Shown one piece after another: positions 50,025-60,418 of a stretch of 64,000 nucleotides of DNA. Position 1 is the stretch's first letter. Each line of letters opens with the position of its first letter. Source of the stretch: Bacillota bacterium (lineage in GTDB: Bacteria; Bacillota; Clostridia; Acetivibrionales; DTU013). Under the pieces are notes generated by a model. That model was given only the letters and a program-made list of their open reading frames with translations. It searched no databases and was not told the origin of the DNA. The translations under genes were made by a program, and so were the position numbers. Location of the stretch: contig JAEXNT010000031.1 of assembly GCA_023439545.1 (NCBI GenBank), positions 25,994-89,993 on the forward strand, in the 5' to 3' direction.

Positions 50025-50852
50025 ATGGAAGAAAAGAAAAGTCTGTATGCAAAGTTACCGGTCAATATCCTTATCGGATTGCTTTCATTAGTAGCGTTGT
50101 TCCCATTCTACCTCATGCTGATAATGGGCACCCACTTGAACGAGGATCTGTATACGGGCATCAAGCTGCTGCCGGGAAATTATTTCTGGGAAAATCTTAA
50201 TACGGTAATGATGATCGACTACCCGAGATATTACCTGAACAGTCTCACGATCGCCATCTGTAATACAATGGGCGCTATTCTGGTAAGCTCGCTGGGCGGC
50301 TACGCTTTTGCGAAGTACAATTTCAAAGGGAAAAAGGGATTTTTCACCTTTGTTATAGCAACTCTCGCAATACCGATGCAGCTGGGTCTTGTCGGATATG
50401 TGCTGGAAATGAAGGCCCTGGGTATAGTCAACACCATCCTGCCGATGATATTCAGCGGTATGGCAAGCGGCTTCGGCACCTTCTTTATGACGCAGTTCAT
50501 AGGTTCCTCGGTCCCTAACGAGATACTCGAGAGCGGACGAATCGACGGATGTACCGATTACGGTATTTTCTTCAAGCTTGTTATCCCGATAATCAAACCT
50601 GCATTCATTACTATAGGACTTCTGATATTCCTGTGGTCATGGAATAGCTACATGGTTCCGCTCGTTATCGTAACGAGGAAGGAATGCTACACAATTCCGC
50701 TGTCCATCGCCATGATCAGTACGGAATTCCGTACGGACTATGCGGCACGTATTTTATCGCTGGCATTTTCTACTATTCCGATCGTAGGATTATTTGCCTT
50801 CGGTTCCAAATATCTGATCCAGGGCTTGACTGCAGGCAGCGTCAAGGGCTGA
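50025..50852 (+). CDS. ABC sugar transporter permease
   Basis: ATG lies 8 nt after AGGAGG. EAA loop LESGRIDGCTDYGIFFKLVIPI. Confidence 0.85.
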   Translation: MEEKKSLYAKLPVNILIGLLSLVALFPFYLMLIMGTHLNEDLYTGIKLLPGNYFWENLNTVMMIDYPRYYLNSLTIAICNTMGAILVSSLGGYAFAKYNFKGKKGFFTFVIATLAIPMQLGLVGYVLEMKALGIVNTILPMIFSGMASGFGTFFMTQFIGSSVPNEILESGRIDGCTDYGIFFKLVIPIIKPAFITIGLLIFLWSWNSYMVPLVIVTRKECYTIPLSIAMISTEFRTDYAARILSLAFSTIPIVGLFAFGSKYLIQGLTAGSVKG

Positions 50853-50874
50853 TCGATCCGAGGTGTTTTTAGAC

Positions 50875-53295
50875 ATGAAACAGAAAATCATTTTATCAAA
50901 AGGCTGGACACTGAAGGATTGCGATACTCAAAAAGAGTATGCAATCCCTGCCATGCCGATGCAGGTCCATTCGATACTGCAGCAAAACGGCGCCATCGGC
51001 GACGGTTATATTTACGGAGATACTTCCGACTGCCGCTGGGTGCAGGAGCATGAATGGACATATACTTCGAACTTCACCTGTGAAGATTGCGGCAAAACTG
51101 CATTTATAAGCGTCGGGGGCCTCGATACTTTTGCCGACGTCTTCCTGAACGGAGAATTGATCGGAAGCCATGAGGATTTTTACCTTTCCGCCCGGTTCGA
51201 CGTGACAGGCAAGCTGCGTCCCGCAAATACGCTAAGCTTTTTATTCCGTTCCGTTCCGAGGATACTTGAGGAATGTGAGGCGCGCAATACGCACCCGGAC
51301 CGCATAGCGCCGTACAGGATGATCCGCAAGAACTTCCACGATTTCATCACCTATCTCGGCGCGAAGCCGGATCTCATGAGAGTCGGCACATTTACGGACG
51401 TGGTGCTCGAACTGACGGATACTCTTGAAATAAAGGACTTTTCCGTAGATTATGTATTAAACGACGCACTGACGTCTGCCGAGGTTACGGTCAGAACCGA
51501 AACGACTGCCGCATGCGACCTGAAAATACATGTGACCGGCAATGGTACCGACCTTTCCTACCCTGTTAAAGCGACAGTCAGCGGACAGGCCGTACTGGAT
51601 TTCAAGCTGGAGGAGCTCCTGCTCTGGTATCCCCGCAATTACGGTGACCAACCGCTTTATTCCTTTACGGTCGAAGCGTTTTCGGCCGATGGTCGCGTTT
51701 GCGACGCCGCGGAGAAAGTGATCGGTTTCCGTAAGGTCGTTATGATAAACAATCTCAATTTTGAGATCAACCATATACCTGTCAAGCTCTGGGGAGCAAA
51801 TCTCACTCCGATAGACGGCAAATCGGCGGTTATCGACCGTGAACGCCTGATGAAGGTGTTCGAACTTGCATATGACTGTAATATCAACACTATTCGCGTA
51901 TGGGGCGAGGGCGAACGTTACGACGATGAATTTTACAATGAAGCCGACCGTAAGGGCATACTGATCTGGCAGGAGTTCTTCTCGGGAAATTCGGCATATC
52001 CGACGGACACCCATATAAGGTCGCTTATACGCCGTGAGGCCGAGGAGCTTGTACTGCGCCTGCGACATCATCCGTCGCTGCTCATGTGGTGCGGCGGGAA
52101 CGAGACCTATCTCAACAGGGATTTCGGATATCCGGGGGAAGAGTATTACGGCTCGGAAATAGTGGAGAAGGATTACCGCGAGGTCTGTGCGGCACTCGAC
52201 AACGGACGCTACTACCATGTGACTTCGCCGTGCGGCGGGGCATATTCGAACGATCCTTATGTCGGCGATACCCACAGCTATACAAATACCTGGTTCGTTC
52301 CAGGCGGCGACTACCCCAACTTTGTCAGTGAAAACCTGAGAGTGGCTCTGCCGGTATCATACAGCCTGATGCGCTATCTGAGGCTGGACAAAAGGCCGGC
52401 TGTCACATCGCTTATGAAGGACGGTTCCGATTATCCGTGGCCGAAGGAATGGAATGCTATCACTTCGGCCGATTCATACTACAAGATACCGCCCGTAGAG
52501 CAGTTCTACGACGCATATGATTTCGATTCGCTGGTTTACCGGTTCGGAGCGGCGGCAGGGGCATACCTGCGCGAATCGGTAGAAAGATACCGCCGCGGAA
52601 AGCCCGTGTGGGATTCCCAGGGACAGCGCAGGTGCCAGGGCCATTTCGTATGGAAGCTCAACACCACAAGGCCGCATATTTATAGTTCTATTATCGACTA
52701 TTATCTCGAACCGGGCATGCCGTATTATGCTTTGAAGCGGGCTTATGAGCCCGTGCTTGTCTCATTTGAGATAAGCGATCACATATACGCGTGGATCGTA
52801 AATGACAGCAATGAGACAGTAGAGGGCAGGCTTAGGCTTCAACTGTTCAACACCGCGGCGAACCAGGTCGAGATGGAGTTTTCCGTACCGGTGCGCGTTA
52901 CACCGGGGCAGTCCCGGTTGATAACGAACCTGGACGAATTCGGGCAGTTCCCGCGTAACAGGCTGATAGTAGGAAGACTTTTGAAGAACGACGGTACCCG
53001 GATATCGACAGTCAGCATATTTGCGGACATTGAACGCCACTTATCCTTCCCCGACGCCAGGCTTTCGATGGAGATCGAAGGAGATGAGCTCGTAATCGAA
53101 ACCGACTGCTTTGCAAGGTGCGTCGAGCTCTCCGGCGAAAAGGACGGGGATCCGTTCGGGTTCTATTTCTCCGACAATTATTTTGATCTCCTTCCGGGTG
53201 AAATAAAACGCATTAGAATAAAGACCGGGCATAATGGAGGAAATATAACGGCAAAAGCACATTACGCAAAATCAAAAACAATACTTGAATTATAA
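50875..53295 (+). CDS. Glycoside hydrolase family 2, beta-mannosidase-like, paralogue 2
   Basis: RVWGEGERY...ILIWQEF, WCGGNE, FVSEN. No signal peptide. ATG after a GAGGTG RBS. Confidence 0.8.
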   Translation: MKQKIILSKGWTLKDCDTQKEYAIPAMPMQVHSILQQNGAIGDGYIYGDTSDCRWVQEHEWTYTSNFTCEDCGKTAFISVGGLDTFADVFLNGELIGSHEDFYLSARFDVTGKLRPANTLSFLFRSVPRILEECEARNTHPDRIAPYRMIRKNFHDFITYLGAKPDLMRVGTFTDVVLELTDTLEIKDFSVDYVLNDALTSAEVTVRTETTAACDLKIHVTGNGTDLSYPVKATVSGQAVLDFKLEELLLWYPRNYGDQPLYSFTVEAFSADGRVCDAAEKVIGFRKVVMINNLNFEINHIPVKLWGANLTPIDGKSAVIDRERLMKVFELAYDCNINTIRVWGEGERYDDEFYNEADRKGILIWQEFFSGNSAYPTDTHIRSLIRREAEELVLRLRHHPSLLMWCGGNETYLNRDFGYPGEEYYGSEIVEKDYREVCAALDNGRYYHVTSPCGGAYSNDPYVGDTHSYTNTWFVPGGDYPNFVSENLRVALPVSYSLMRYLRLDKRPAVTSLMKDGSDYPWPKEWNAITSADSYYKIPPVEQFYDAYDFDSLVYRFGAAAGAYLRESVERYRRGKPVWDSQGQRRCQGHFVWKLNTTRPHIYSSIIDYYLEPGMPYYALKRAYEPVLVSFEISDHIYAWIVNDSNETVEGRLRLQLFNTAANQVEMEFSVPVRVTPGQSRLITNLDEFGQFPRNRLIVGRLLKNDGTRISTVSIFADIERHLSFPDARLSMEIEGDELVIETDCFARCVELSGEKDGDPFGFYFSDNYFDLLPGEIKRIRIKTGHNGGNITAKAHYAKSKTILEL

Positions 53296-53311
53296 GGAAG
53301 AGGTGTACATT

Positions 53312-54253
53312 ATGGTATTAAATTCATTTGGAAAAACGGATCTCAAGGTTTCCGACGTAGGCTTCGGCGCATGGGCAATAGGCGGACTGGGCTGGGGTGA
53401 AGGACCTGATGATGTAAATGCTGTGGAAGCATTGAAAAAGGCATGGGATCTCGGCGTCAATTTCTACGATACATGCGACGCATACGGCAACGGCCACAGC
53501 GAAACGCTTATCGGCGAATTCCTCAAAGGAAGGCGCAATGAAGCCGTTATCGTCACAAAAGGCGGCACGAACTACCGTGTACCCGAACGCAGCAAGAATT
53601 TCTCCCACGACTATCTCATGATGTGTCTTGATGAGAGCCTGCAGCGCCTGCAGACCGATTTCGTGGACGTTTACCTGCTCCATGTGCCGAACGCTGAATG
53701 GCAGGAAAAGGGCAAGGTATTTGAGACCCTCAAGGAAATGAAGAAATCCGGCAAAGCCCGCTATGTCGGTCTCGCAATGTGGCAGGCAGGAGATACGATG
53801 CATGCTTACGAGCATGATACCGAGAATGTTATCGACGTACTCGAGGTCCCGTTCAATATTCTGAACAAAACAAACATCGAAGTCGTAAGAATAGCTAAGG
53901 AACGCAACATTGCAGTGCTGACAAGCCAGCCTCTCGCCAGCGGCATCCTGACCGGAAAATACGGCAGCGATACAAAGTTCGCAGACGGCGACAACCGTAA
54001 GGGCTTCTGGTCTGAGGAACGATTTGCGTCGGTCATCCCCGACATGAAGATCGTCGAGGAATGTGTAAAAGAAACCGGCCTGACCATGGCTCAGCTCGCA
54101 CTTGCCTACAACCTCAGCTATCCGGGCATCCACAGTGTAATTCCGGGCGCCAAGAACGCCTCGCAGGTTGAGAAGAACGTATCCGCAAGCGGAAAGCGCC
54201 TCGACCAGGATATTATGAATAAGCTTGCACAGACCAAGGGCTTCATATTCTAA
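53312..54253 (+). CDS. Aldo/keto reductase
   Basis: FGAWAIGG, DTCDAYGNGHSE, VTKGG, typical AKR tetrad context. Confidence 0.85.
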   Translation: MVLNSFGKTDLKVSDVGFGAWAIGGLGWGEGPDDVNAVEALKKAWDLGVNFYDTCDAYGNGHSETLIGEFLKGRRNEAVIVTKGGTNYRVPERSKNFSHDYLMMCLDESLQRLQTDFVDVYLLHVPNAEWQEKGKVFETLKEMKKSGKARYVGLAMWQAGDTMHAYEHDTENVIDVLEVPFNILNKTNIEVVRIAKERNIAVLTSQPLASGILTGKYGSDTKFADGDNRKGFWSEERFASVIPDMKIVEECVKETGLTMAQLALAYNLSYPGIHSVIPGAKNASQVEKNVSASGKRLDQDIMNKLAQTKGFIF

Positions 54254-54259
54254 AAAATT

Positions 54260-54307
54260 CAGAGGGGGATGCCAGGCCGTAATTACGACGCCTGGTATCC
54301 CCCTCTG
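54260..54307 (+). terminator. Long GC-rich stem-loop after the AKR gene
   Basis: CAGAGGGGGATGCCAGGC / GCCTGGTATCCCCCTCTG, an 18-nt-arm stem with one mismatch and a weak T tract. Confidence 0.5.
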
Positions 54308-54339
54308 ACTAATCTTGTTTTGTATGGAAAGAGGATATT

Positions 54340-56847
54340 ATGAAAACCAGACTTTGCCTTACTGAAAACTGGGAGCTGTTAAAAATAATACCTGCCGGGA
54401 GCATCGATCCTGAAAATCCCGTCCCTGAAACAGGCAGAGAACCCGCAGGCTGGATTTCCGTAAAGAAGATGCCTTCACAGGTTCACGACGTTCTGATTGA
54501 TGAGGGTTACCTGCCGGAGGAAATACGGATAGGCTGGTGCGAATCAGGCGAATGGGTGGGGGATTACGACTGGGTCTACAGATGCCGTTTCGACAGGGAA
54601 CGTGAAGCAAGCGCCGTCCGCCTTTTCTTCGGAGGACTCGACACGATAGCCGACGTTTACCTGAACGGTGTCAAGGCAGGCAGCCACGACAACTTTTACC
54701 TGCCGCAGACGATAGACATAACGCAATATATAGCTGAACACAACACGCTGGTGATACACTTCCATAATATCGAGGACGTGCTCGACAAGCTCACCCTGCC
54801 AAAGGAATGGGAAAAGACCGTCCTGAAATTCAAAATGCTGCGCAAGCCGAAGCACGATTTCCCTGCGGGCGTTACCGAAGGGGCGTCCTACCAGGGTGCT
54901 GTTCCATATTTCGAACCTATTGGCATTTTCCAGCCCGTCTATATAGATTACGTCGACGAAGCCGAATTTACCTGGGACCATATAATTCCCTCCGTTGAAG
55001 CTCCGTATACCGAGGGCAACCTTACAATTACGCTGAAAGGTACAAACGGCGATTCGGTAAAAATCATTGTGTGCGATCCTGAGGGAAACACAGTCATATC
55101 CGATGAAAAATCCGTATCAGGTACATGGAGGCAGCCCTTCAAGCTTGCAGTAAAGGATCCGGAGCTCTGGAACCCGCGCGGTTTCGGAGGCCAGGCCCGT
55201 TACTCCGTTGAAATGCTGCTGATGAGCAATGGGCAGGTTGCGGACAGGATGGAGAAGAAGATCGGTTTCCGCGAAGTCATACAGGACGGTGACCTGGGCT
55301 TCAGGATAAACGGCAGGACGGTCCGCCTGTGGGGCGGAAGCATGGATCCCTTCCAAGATTATACGCACTGCTGGGAGTCGAAACGCGTGCACCGCATCCT
55401 TGATATGTGCGAAAATGCAAACATGAACACGCTGCGCATATGGGGCGAAGGCGTCCCGTATGAGGACGAACTTTACGATGAGGCGGACAGGCGCGGCATA
55501 TTGATATGGCAGGAATTCTACCTCGGGAACGGAGCATATCCGAACAATCCCGAATACCGGGAAGCCTGCAGGCAGGAGGCCATCCACCTCATACTTCGCC
55601 TGCGCTGGCGCCCGTCGCTGCTGCTGTGGTGCGGAGGAAACGAAACCATAATGGGCTCCGAATACATCGACCGCGACATGCACGCGTACGGCAGCGAGAT
55701 GGTGCTCGAAGATTACCCGGCCCTTGTGGACTATTATGACAACGGCAGGTTTTACTTCCCCAATTCGCCGTATGGCGGGGAATGGGCAAACGATCCCCGT
55801 CAGGGAGATTTCCACGTTTATGACGGAGTTTGGGCTTACCCTTACGCAGAGTATCCCAACTTCATAGGGGAAGACATACGCTGCGCGCCTCCCGTGATGC
55901 ACAGTCTGAAACGCATGATAAAGGGCGACCTCTGGCCTGAAGAGTACAGCGGCAAACTGACCCATGGTGACAGGTTCCCCATGCCCGACAGCTGGATGGA
56001 GCGCAGCCATCATTCGGCACTGGGCCATATAAAGACAGGACCTTACTGGGAATACTACGACGCAGATACGCCCGAAGATCATCTGTACCGCTTCGCGGCA
56101 GCCGCGGGCCAGTCCATGCGCCGCTGCATCGAGAAAGTACGCCAGGGCAGCAGGGACGGCGACGTACCGGTAAACAAGCGCATAAAGGGCCATTTTGCAT
56201 GCAAGCTGCTCGATACCTGGCCCAAGGTATACTGTGCCATTATCGACTTCTTCCAGGAGGGCTTCCATTCGTACTATGCCACTGCTGCGGCACAGCGCCC
56301 GATCGCTCTGAGCTTTCAGATAACTCCTAACAGTTACCGTCTGTGGCTCGCCAATGACAGCAGCATCGATGTGAAGGGTGAAGTCACCTTCGGAATGTTC
56401 GATATCGAAAAAAATGAATTTGTCCTGACGGACAAGGTCGACGCAGAGATGCTCAAGGGTCATTCCGGCATTGTGCTGAACCTCGACAAATACAAATTCT
56501 TCTGGAAGACGCTGCTTCTGTATGCTACGTTCACTGACAAGGAAAACGGAATTTATGACCGTGTGAATGATTTTGTCGACGTAGAGCGTCATTACAAATT
56601 CCCGGATGCGAAGCTCAGGGTAATGGTGGAGGGCGATGAGCTCGTAATAACCACCGATAAGTTCGCGCGCTGCATCGAAATCACCGCCGGAAATGAAGAG
56701 ACCGAATTCGGATGGCTGTTCTCTGAAAATTACTTCGACCTGTTCCCTGGTGAAGTCAAACGCGTCAGGATAGTGGCCGGCGGCAGCGCTGAAATAACCG
56801 TGAAGCCGCATTATGCGGATGCTGTTAAGGTAAAATACAGTAAATAA
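54340..56847 (+). CDS. Glycoside hydrolase family 2, beta-mannosidase-like, paralogue 3
   Basis: RIWGEGVPY...ILIWQEF, WCGGNE, FIGED. No signal peptide. Confidence 0.8.
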   Translation: MKTRLCLTENWELLKIIPAGSIDPENPVPETGREPAGWISVKKMPSQVHDVLIDEGYLPEEIRIGWCESGEWVGDYDWVYRCRFDREREASAVRLFFGGLDTIADVYLNGVKAGSHDNFYLPQTIDITQYIAEHNTLVIHFHNIEDVLDKLTLPKEWEKTVLKFKMLRKPKHDFPAGVTEGASYQGAVPYFEPIGIFQPVYIDYVDEAEFTWDHIIPSVEAPYTEGNLTITLKGTNGDSVKIIVCDPEGNTVISDEKSVSGTWRQPFKLAVKDPELWNPRGFGGQARYSVEMLLMSNGQVADRMEKKIGFREVIQDGDLGFRINGRTVRLWGGSMDPFQDYTHCWESKRVHRILDMCENANMNTLRIWGEGVPYEDELYDEADRRGILIWQEFYLGNGAYPNNPEYREACRQEAIHLILRLRWRPSLLLWCGGNETIMGSEYIDRDMHAYGSEMVLEDYPALVDYYDNGRFYFPNSPYGGEWANDPRQGDFHVYDGVWAYPYAEYPNFIGEDIRCAPPVMHSLKRMIKGDLWPEEYSGKLTHGDRFPMPDSWMERSHHSALGHIKTGPYWEYYDADTPEDHLYRFAAAAGQSMRRCIEKVRQGSRDGDVPVNKRIKGHFACKLLDTWPKVYCAIIDFFQEGFHSYYATAAAQRPIALSFQITPNSYRLWLANDSSIDVKGEVTFGMFDIEKNEFVLTDKVDAEMLKGHSGIVLNLDKYKFFWKTLLLYATFTDKENGIYDRVNDFVDVERHYKFPDAKLRVMVEGDELVITTDKFARCIEITAGNEETEFGWLFSENYFDLFPGEVKRVRIVAGGSAEITVKPHYADAVKVKYSK

Positions 56848-56960
56848 TTTTCTATTTACTTATGGATTAATTTCTATATAATGTTATATTAGTGGTAGAC
56901 TAATAAATTAGACTCTGGTTTATATTTCAAATATCTGATTATTTTAAAGGGGATGATGAA

Positions 56961-58010
56961 ATGCATGGAAAGATGAAAGTAGCGGTAATGACTGACATCG
57001 GCAAAATGGAATTCGTGGAGAGGGACATTCCTCAGGCAAAGCCGGGAGAAGTCCTGGTCAAAATAGAATGCGTGGGAGTCTGCGGCTCGGATCTGCATTA
57101 CTTCGAAACGGGCAGAATAGGCAATTTCATAGTAAAACCGCCATTCGTGCTCGGGCATGAGGCGAGCGGAGTCGTAGTCGAGGCAGGCGCCGGTGTAACC
57201 GGCCTGAAGCCTGGAGACCGGGTTGCGCTTGAGCCTGGAAAGACCTGCGGGCATTGCGAATACTGCAGAAATGGATTGTACAACCTGTGCCCGGACGTCG
57301 AGTTCTTTGCCACGCCGCCATATGACGGAGTTTTTCAGGAGTATGTGGCGCATGAAGCCGATCTGTGCTTCAAGCTCCCGGATAATGTGAGCATGATGTC
57401 CGGAGCTCTGATAGAACCGCTGGCCGTCGGTTTCCACGCCGCGAACCAGGCCGGCGCCCACGTCGGGCAGACTGCAATGATAACTGGTTCCGGCTGCATC
57501 GGGCTTGTTACGCTGCTGGCGTTGAAATCCATGGGTATCACCGAGATCTATGTGTCCGATATCGAGCAGAAGAGACTGGACAAGGCGTTGGAACTCGGTG
57601 CGACGAAGGTCATTAACGCCAGGCTGCAGGATCCGGTGAAAACAGTCATGGAGCTGACGGGCGGAAGAGGCGTCGATATAGCGTTCGAGACTGCCGGCGC
57701 CGAAATAACGGCGGGACAGCTCATTGAGGTAACCCACAAGGGCGGCACGATAGTCTTTGTAGGCTACAGCGGGAAGGGCAGCATCAACCTGCCCGTTAAC
57801 ATGGCGCTGGATAAAGAGCTTACTATGAAGACGATTTTCCGCTACAGGCATATTTATCCGATGGCGATCAAAGCAGTTGCCGGCGGCAATATCGATCCCG
57901 AAAAGATCGTGACGGCCCGTTTTGATTTCGACGATATACAGAGAGCCATGGACGAGAGCATCAACAACAAGGCGGAGATTGTCAAGTCAGTTATACAAAT
58001 AGCGAAGTAG
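56961..58010 (+). CDS. Zinc-dependent polyol dehydrogenase (sorbitol/L-iditol dehydrogenase-like MDR)
   Basis: CGSDLH, GHEASG, structural-zinc CGHCEYCRNGLYNLC, GSGCIG Rossmann motif. An alternative start is at 56973. Confidence 0.85.
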   Translation: MHGKMKVAVMTDIGKMEFVERDIPQAKPGEVLVKIECVGVCGSDLHYFETGRIGNFIVKPPFVLGHEASGVVVEAGAGVTGLKPGDRVALEPGKTCGHCEYCRNGLYNLCPDVEFFATPPYDGVFQEYVAHEADLCFKLPDNVSMMSGALIEPLAVGFHAANQAGAHVGQTAMITGSGCIGLVTLLALKSMGITEIYVSDIEQKRLDKALELGATKVINARLQDPVKTVMELTGGRGVDIAFETAGAEITAGQLIEVTHKGGTIVFVGYSGKGSINLPVNMALDKELTMKTIFRYRHIYPMAIKAVAGGNIDPEKIVTARFDFDDIQRAMDESINNKAEIVKSVIQIAK

Positions 58011-58074
58011 ACGATAGGAAAGCAGTTATTAAATTTCAGGCAATTCATAAAAATCACTGTCTTATTCCAGAACT

Positions 58075-58110
58075 GCCCGGTTTCAACCTTTTGAAACCGG
58101 GCTTCTTCTG
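58075..58110 (+). terminator. Intrinsic terminator after the dehydrogenase gene
   Basis: GCCCGGTTTCAA-cctt-TTGAAACCGGGC followed by TTCTTCT. Confidence 0.75.
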
Positions 58111-58197
58111 ATATATCCGACATTTTGTTTAAATATGCTTACAGGCGTGCTATAATAGTTGTGGTAATACATACTACAAGCAAATTTGGAGGATTCA

Positions 58198-59427
58198 ATG
58201 ACACTTCGAAAAGACGCAGACCAGATCATTACAGCCGCAATCCAATCGGCGCTGCCGGATGCGGCAGTGGAGCGTGCGCTCAATAGCAGGAGCTTCCCCG
58301 GCAGGGTATTTCTTGTTTCAGTCGGAAAAGCCGCCTGGCAAATGGCAAAAACGGCTGCGGATTTTTTGGGAGATAAGGTTACGGATGGCCTGGTTATAAC
58401 AAAATATGAGCATTCAAAAGGGGAAATAGCACGTGTTCGCGTGTTTGAGGCCGGGCATCCCATGCCCGACGCCAATTCCTTTCTGGCGGCAGAGGAAGCG
58501 CTAAAATTGACGTCAGGTTTACTCCCCGACGATACCGTGCTTTTTCTATTATCGGGCGGAGGGTCTGCACTGTTTGAAAAGCCGCTGGTACCGCCGGCGG
58601 AGCTGCAGGACATAACAAAACAGCTGCTTGCCTGCGGCGCTGATATTGTAGAAATGAACATCGTCCGTAAGAGGCTTTCTGCTGTAAAGGGCGGGCGGTT
58701 TGCGCTGCATTGTAAGCCTGCGAAGGTATTTACCATCGTCTTGTCGGACATTATCGGAGATCCGCTCGATATGATCGCGTCGGGACCGGCATACCCCGAT
58801 TCGTCAACCTGCGAGCAAGCGATGGAAATTGTAAAAAGGTACGATTTGCATCTTTCCGGACAGGCTCTGGATTGCCTCAAAACTGAGATGCCTAAAACGC
58901 TGGAGAACGTGGAGACGCTTGTGACAGGCAGCGTCAGACAACTGTGCGCTTCTGCCGAGGCGACATGCATCAAGCTGGGATACCGTCCGATTGTTCTGAC
59001 GGACAGCCTGTGCTGTACCGCAAGGGATGCAGGAAGCTTTCTCGCGTCCGTTGCGCGGTATCATGCCAAAACGGATGTATCGCTTGCGTTTATTGCAGGC
59101 GGTGAAACTGTGGTGCAGTTGAAAGGAAACGGCAGGGGAGGCAGGAATCAGGAACTTGCTCTGGCGGCGGCGGCAGGCATTGACGGTCTCGAGGATACCG
59201 CGTTATTTTCCTTGGGTTCAGACGGGACGGACGGACCCACAGATGCTGCCGGCGGCTATGTGGACGGACATACCGCACATGTGCTTTCGGAGGCTGGAAT
59301 ATCTATTTTGGGCGAGCTTGAAAACAATAATGCGTATTTTGCCCTGGGAAAATGCGGCGGTCTTGTTAAAACCGGAGCAACCGGCACCAACGTGAACGAT
59401 CTGTCGGTTCTATTGATTAAAAGATAA
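58198..59427 (+). CDS. Glycerate 2-kinase-like protein (DUF4147 + MOFRL, TtuD/GckA type)
   Basis: ATG lies 5 nt after GGAGG. Contains SGGGSALF, and GGETVV...GRGGRNQE in the MOFRL domain. Confidence 0.8.
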   Translation: MTLRKDADQIITAAIQSALPDAAVERALNSRSFPGRVFLVSVGKAAWQMAKTAADFLGDKVTDGLVITKYEHSKGEIARVRVFEAGHPMPDANSFLAAEEALKLTSGLLPDDTVLFLLSGGGSALFEKPLVPPAELQDITKQLLACGADIVEMNIVRKRLSAVKGGRFALHCKPAKVFTIVLSDIIGDPLDMIASGPAYPDSSTCEQAMEIVKRYDLHLSGQALDCLKTEMPKTLENVETLVTGSVRQLCASAEATCIKLGYRPIVLTDSLCCTARDAGSFLASVARYHAKTDVSLAFIAGGETVVQLKGNGRGGRNQELALAAAAGIDGLEDTALFSLGSDGTDGPTDAAGGYVDGHTAHVLSEAGISILGELENNNAYFALGKCGGLVKTGATGTNVNDLSVLLIKR

Positions 59428-59440
59428 AGAAAAATATAAT

Positions 59441-59480
59441 AAGCACAGACGCCTCTGCTTTTGCGGAGGCGTCTGTGCTT
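59441..59480. terminator. Stem-loop between convergent genes (bidirectional terminator candidate)
   Basis: AAGCACAGACGCCTC / GAGGCGTCTGTGCTT, a 15-bp stem, A/T-rich on both sides. Confidence 0.6.
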
Positions 59481-59516
59481 TAGGAGAGGTTGCTATATAA
59501 GAATTAGATTTTTTGA

Positions 59517-60404
59517 TCAGGGTTTTTTTATCTCCGCTTTCCCGATTTCCTCGTAATAATTTGCTATGGCGCTGTGATCACACTGGCCGCAGTTATTGGC
59601 ATGGAGGTATTGAAGCATTTCCATCACGGACGCTGTCAATGGCAGAGGTGAGCCGACACTGTGTCCGGTTTCCAACGCATTGTTAAGATCTTTTATGTGC
59701 AGGTCTACTTTGAAGCCCGGTTTGAAGTTACGGTCAAGTATCATAGGCGCCTTTGCATTCATCACGGTTGAACCGGCAAGGCCGCCTTTTATCGCATTAA
59801 AAACCAACTCGGGATCAACGCCGGCCTTGGTTGCCAAAAGAAACGCTTCTGAGACTGCCGCAATATTAACTGCCACTATGATTTGGTTAGCCAGCTTTGT
59901 TGTATTACCCGCGCCTATATTGCCGCAATAAACTGCGCTGCCTCCCATAGCCATCAGGATATTATAGACACGATCGAAGATTTCTTTCCTGCCTCCGACC
60001 ATTATGGATAGCGTACCGTCGATCGCTTTGGGTTCTCCGCCTGAAACAGGTGCATCCAGCATTTCCACACCCTTTTCTGCGCATGCCTTGTAAACTTCCT
60101 GGGAGGCGAGCGGCGCGATGGAGCTCATATCGATAAGAATACTGCCCGGCTTCGCGCCTTCCAGAACGCCGTTTTTACCGAGGACGGCCGCCTTGACATG
60201 GGGGGAGTTGGGCACCATGGTAATGATGATCTCGCTTTGCGCGGCAGCGTCCCTGGCGGAATCGGCTGCAGCAGCGCCAAGAGTGGTCAGAGCGCTTATA
60301 TTTTCAGCAGTAATATCGTAAACAGCCAGTTCATAGCCCTTTTTCAGCAGATTTTTTGCCATGGGCTTGCCCATGATACCAAGTCCGATAAAACCAATTT
60401 TCAT
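59517..60404 (-). CDS. Beta-hydroxyacid dehydrogenase (tartronate-semialdehyde reductase / 3-hydroxyisobutyrate dehydrogenase family)
   Basis: MKIGFIGLGIMGKPMAKNL Rossmann start; 295 aa; GarR/LtnD-like layout. Confidence 0.8.
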   Translation of the reverse strand: MKIGFIGLGIMGKPMAKNLLKKGYELAVYDITAENISALTTLGAAAADSARDAAAQSEIIITMVPNSPHVKAAVLGKNGVLEGAKPGSILIDMSSIAPLASQEVYKACAEKGVEMLDAPVSGGEPKAIDGTLSIMVGGRKEIFDRVYNILMAMGGSAVYCGNIGAGNTTKLANQIIVAVNIAAVSEAFLLATKAGVDPELVFNAIKGGLAGSTVMNAKAPMILDRNFKPGFKVDLHIKDLNNALETGHSVGSPLPLTASVMEMLQYLHANNCGQCDHSAIANYYEEIGKAEIKKP

Positions 60405-60418
60405 AATATCTACCTCCG

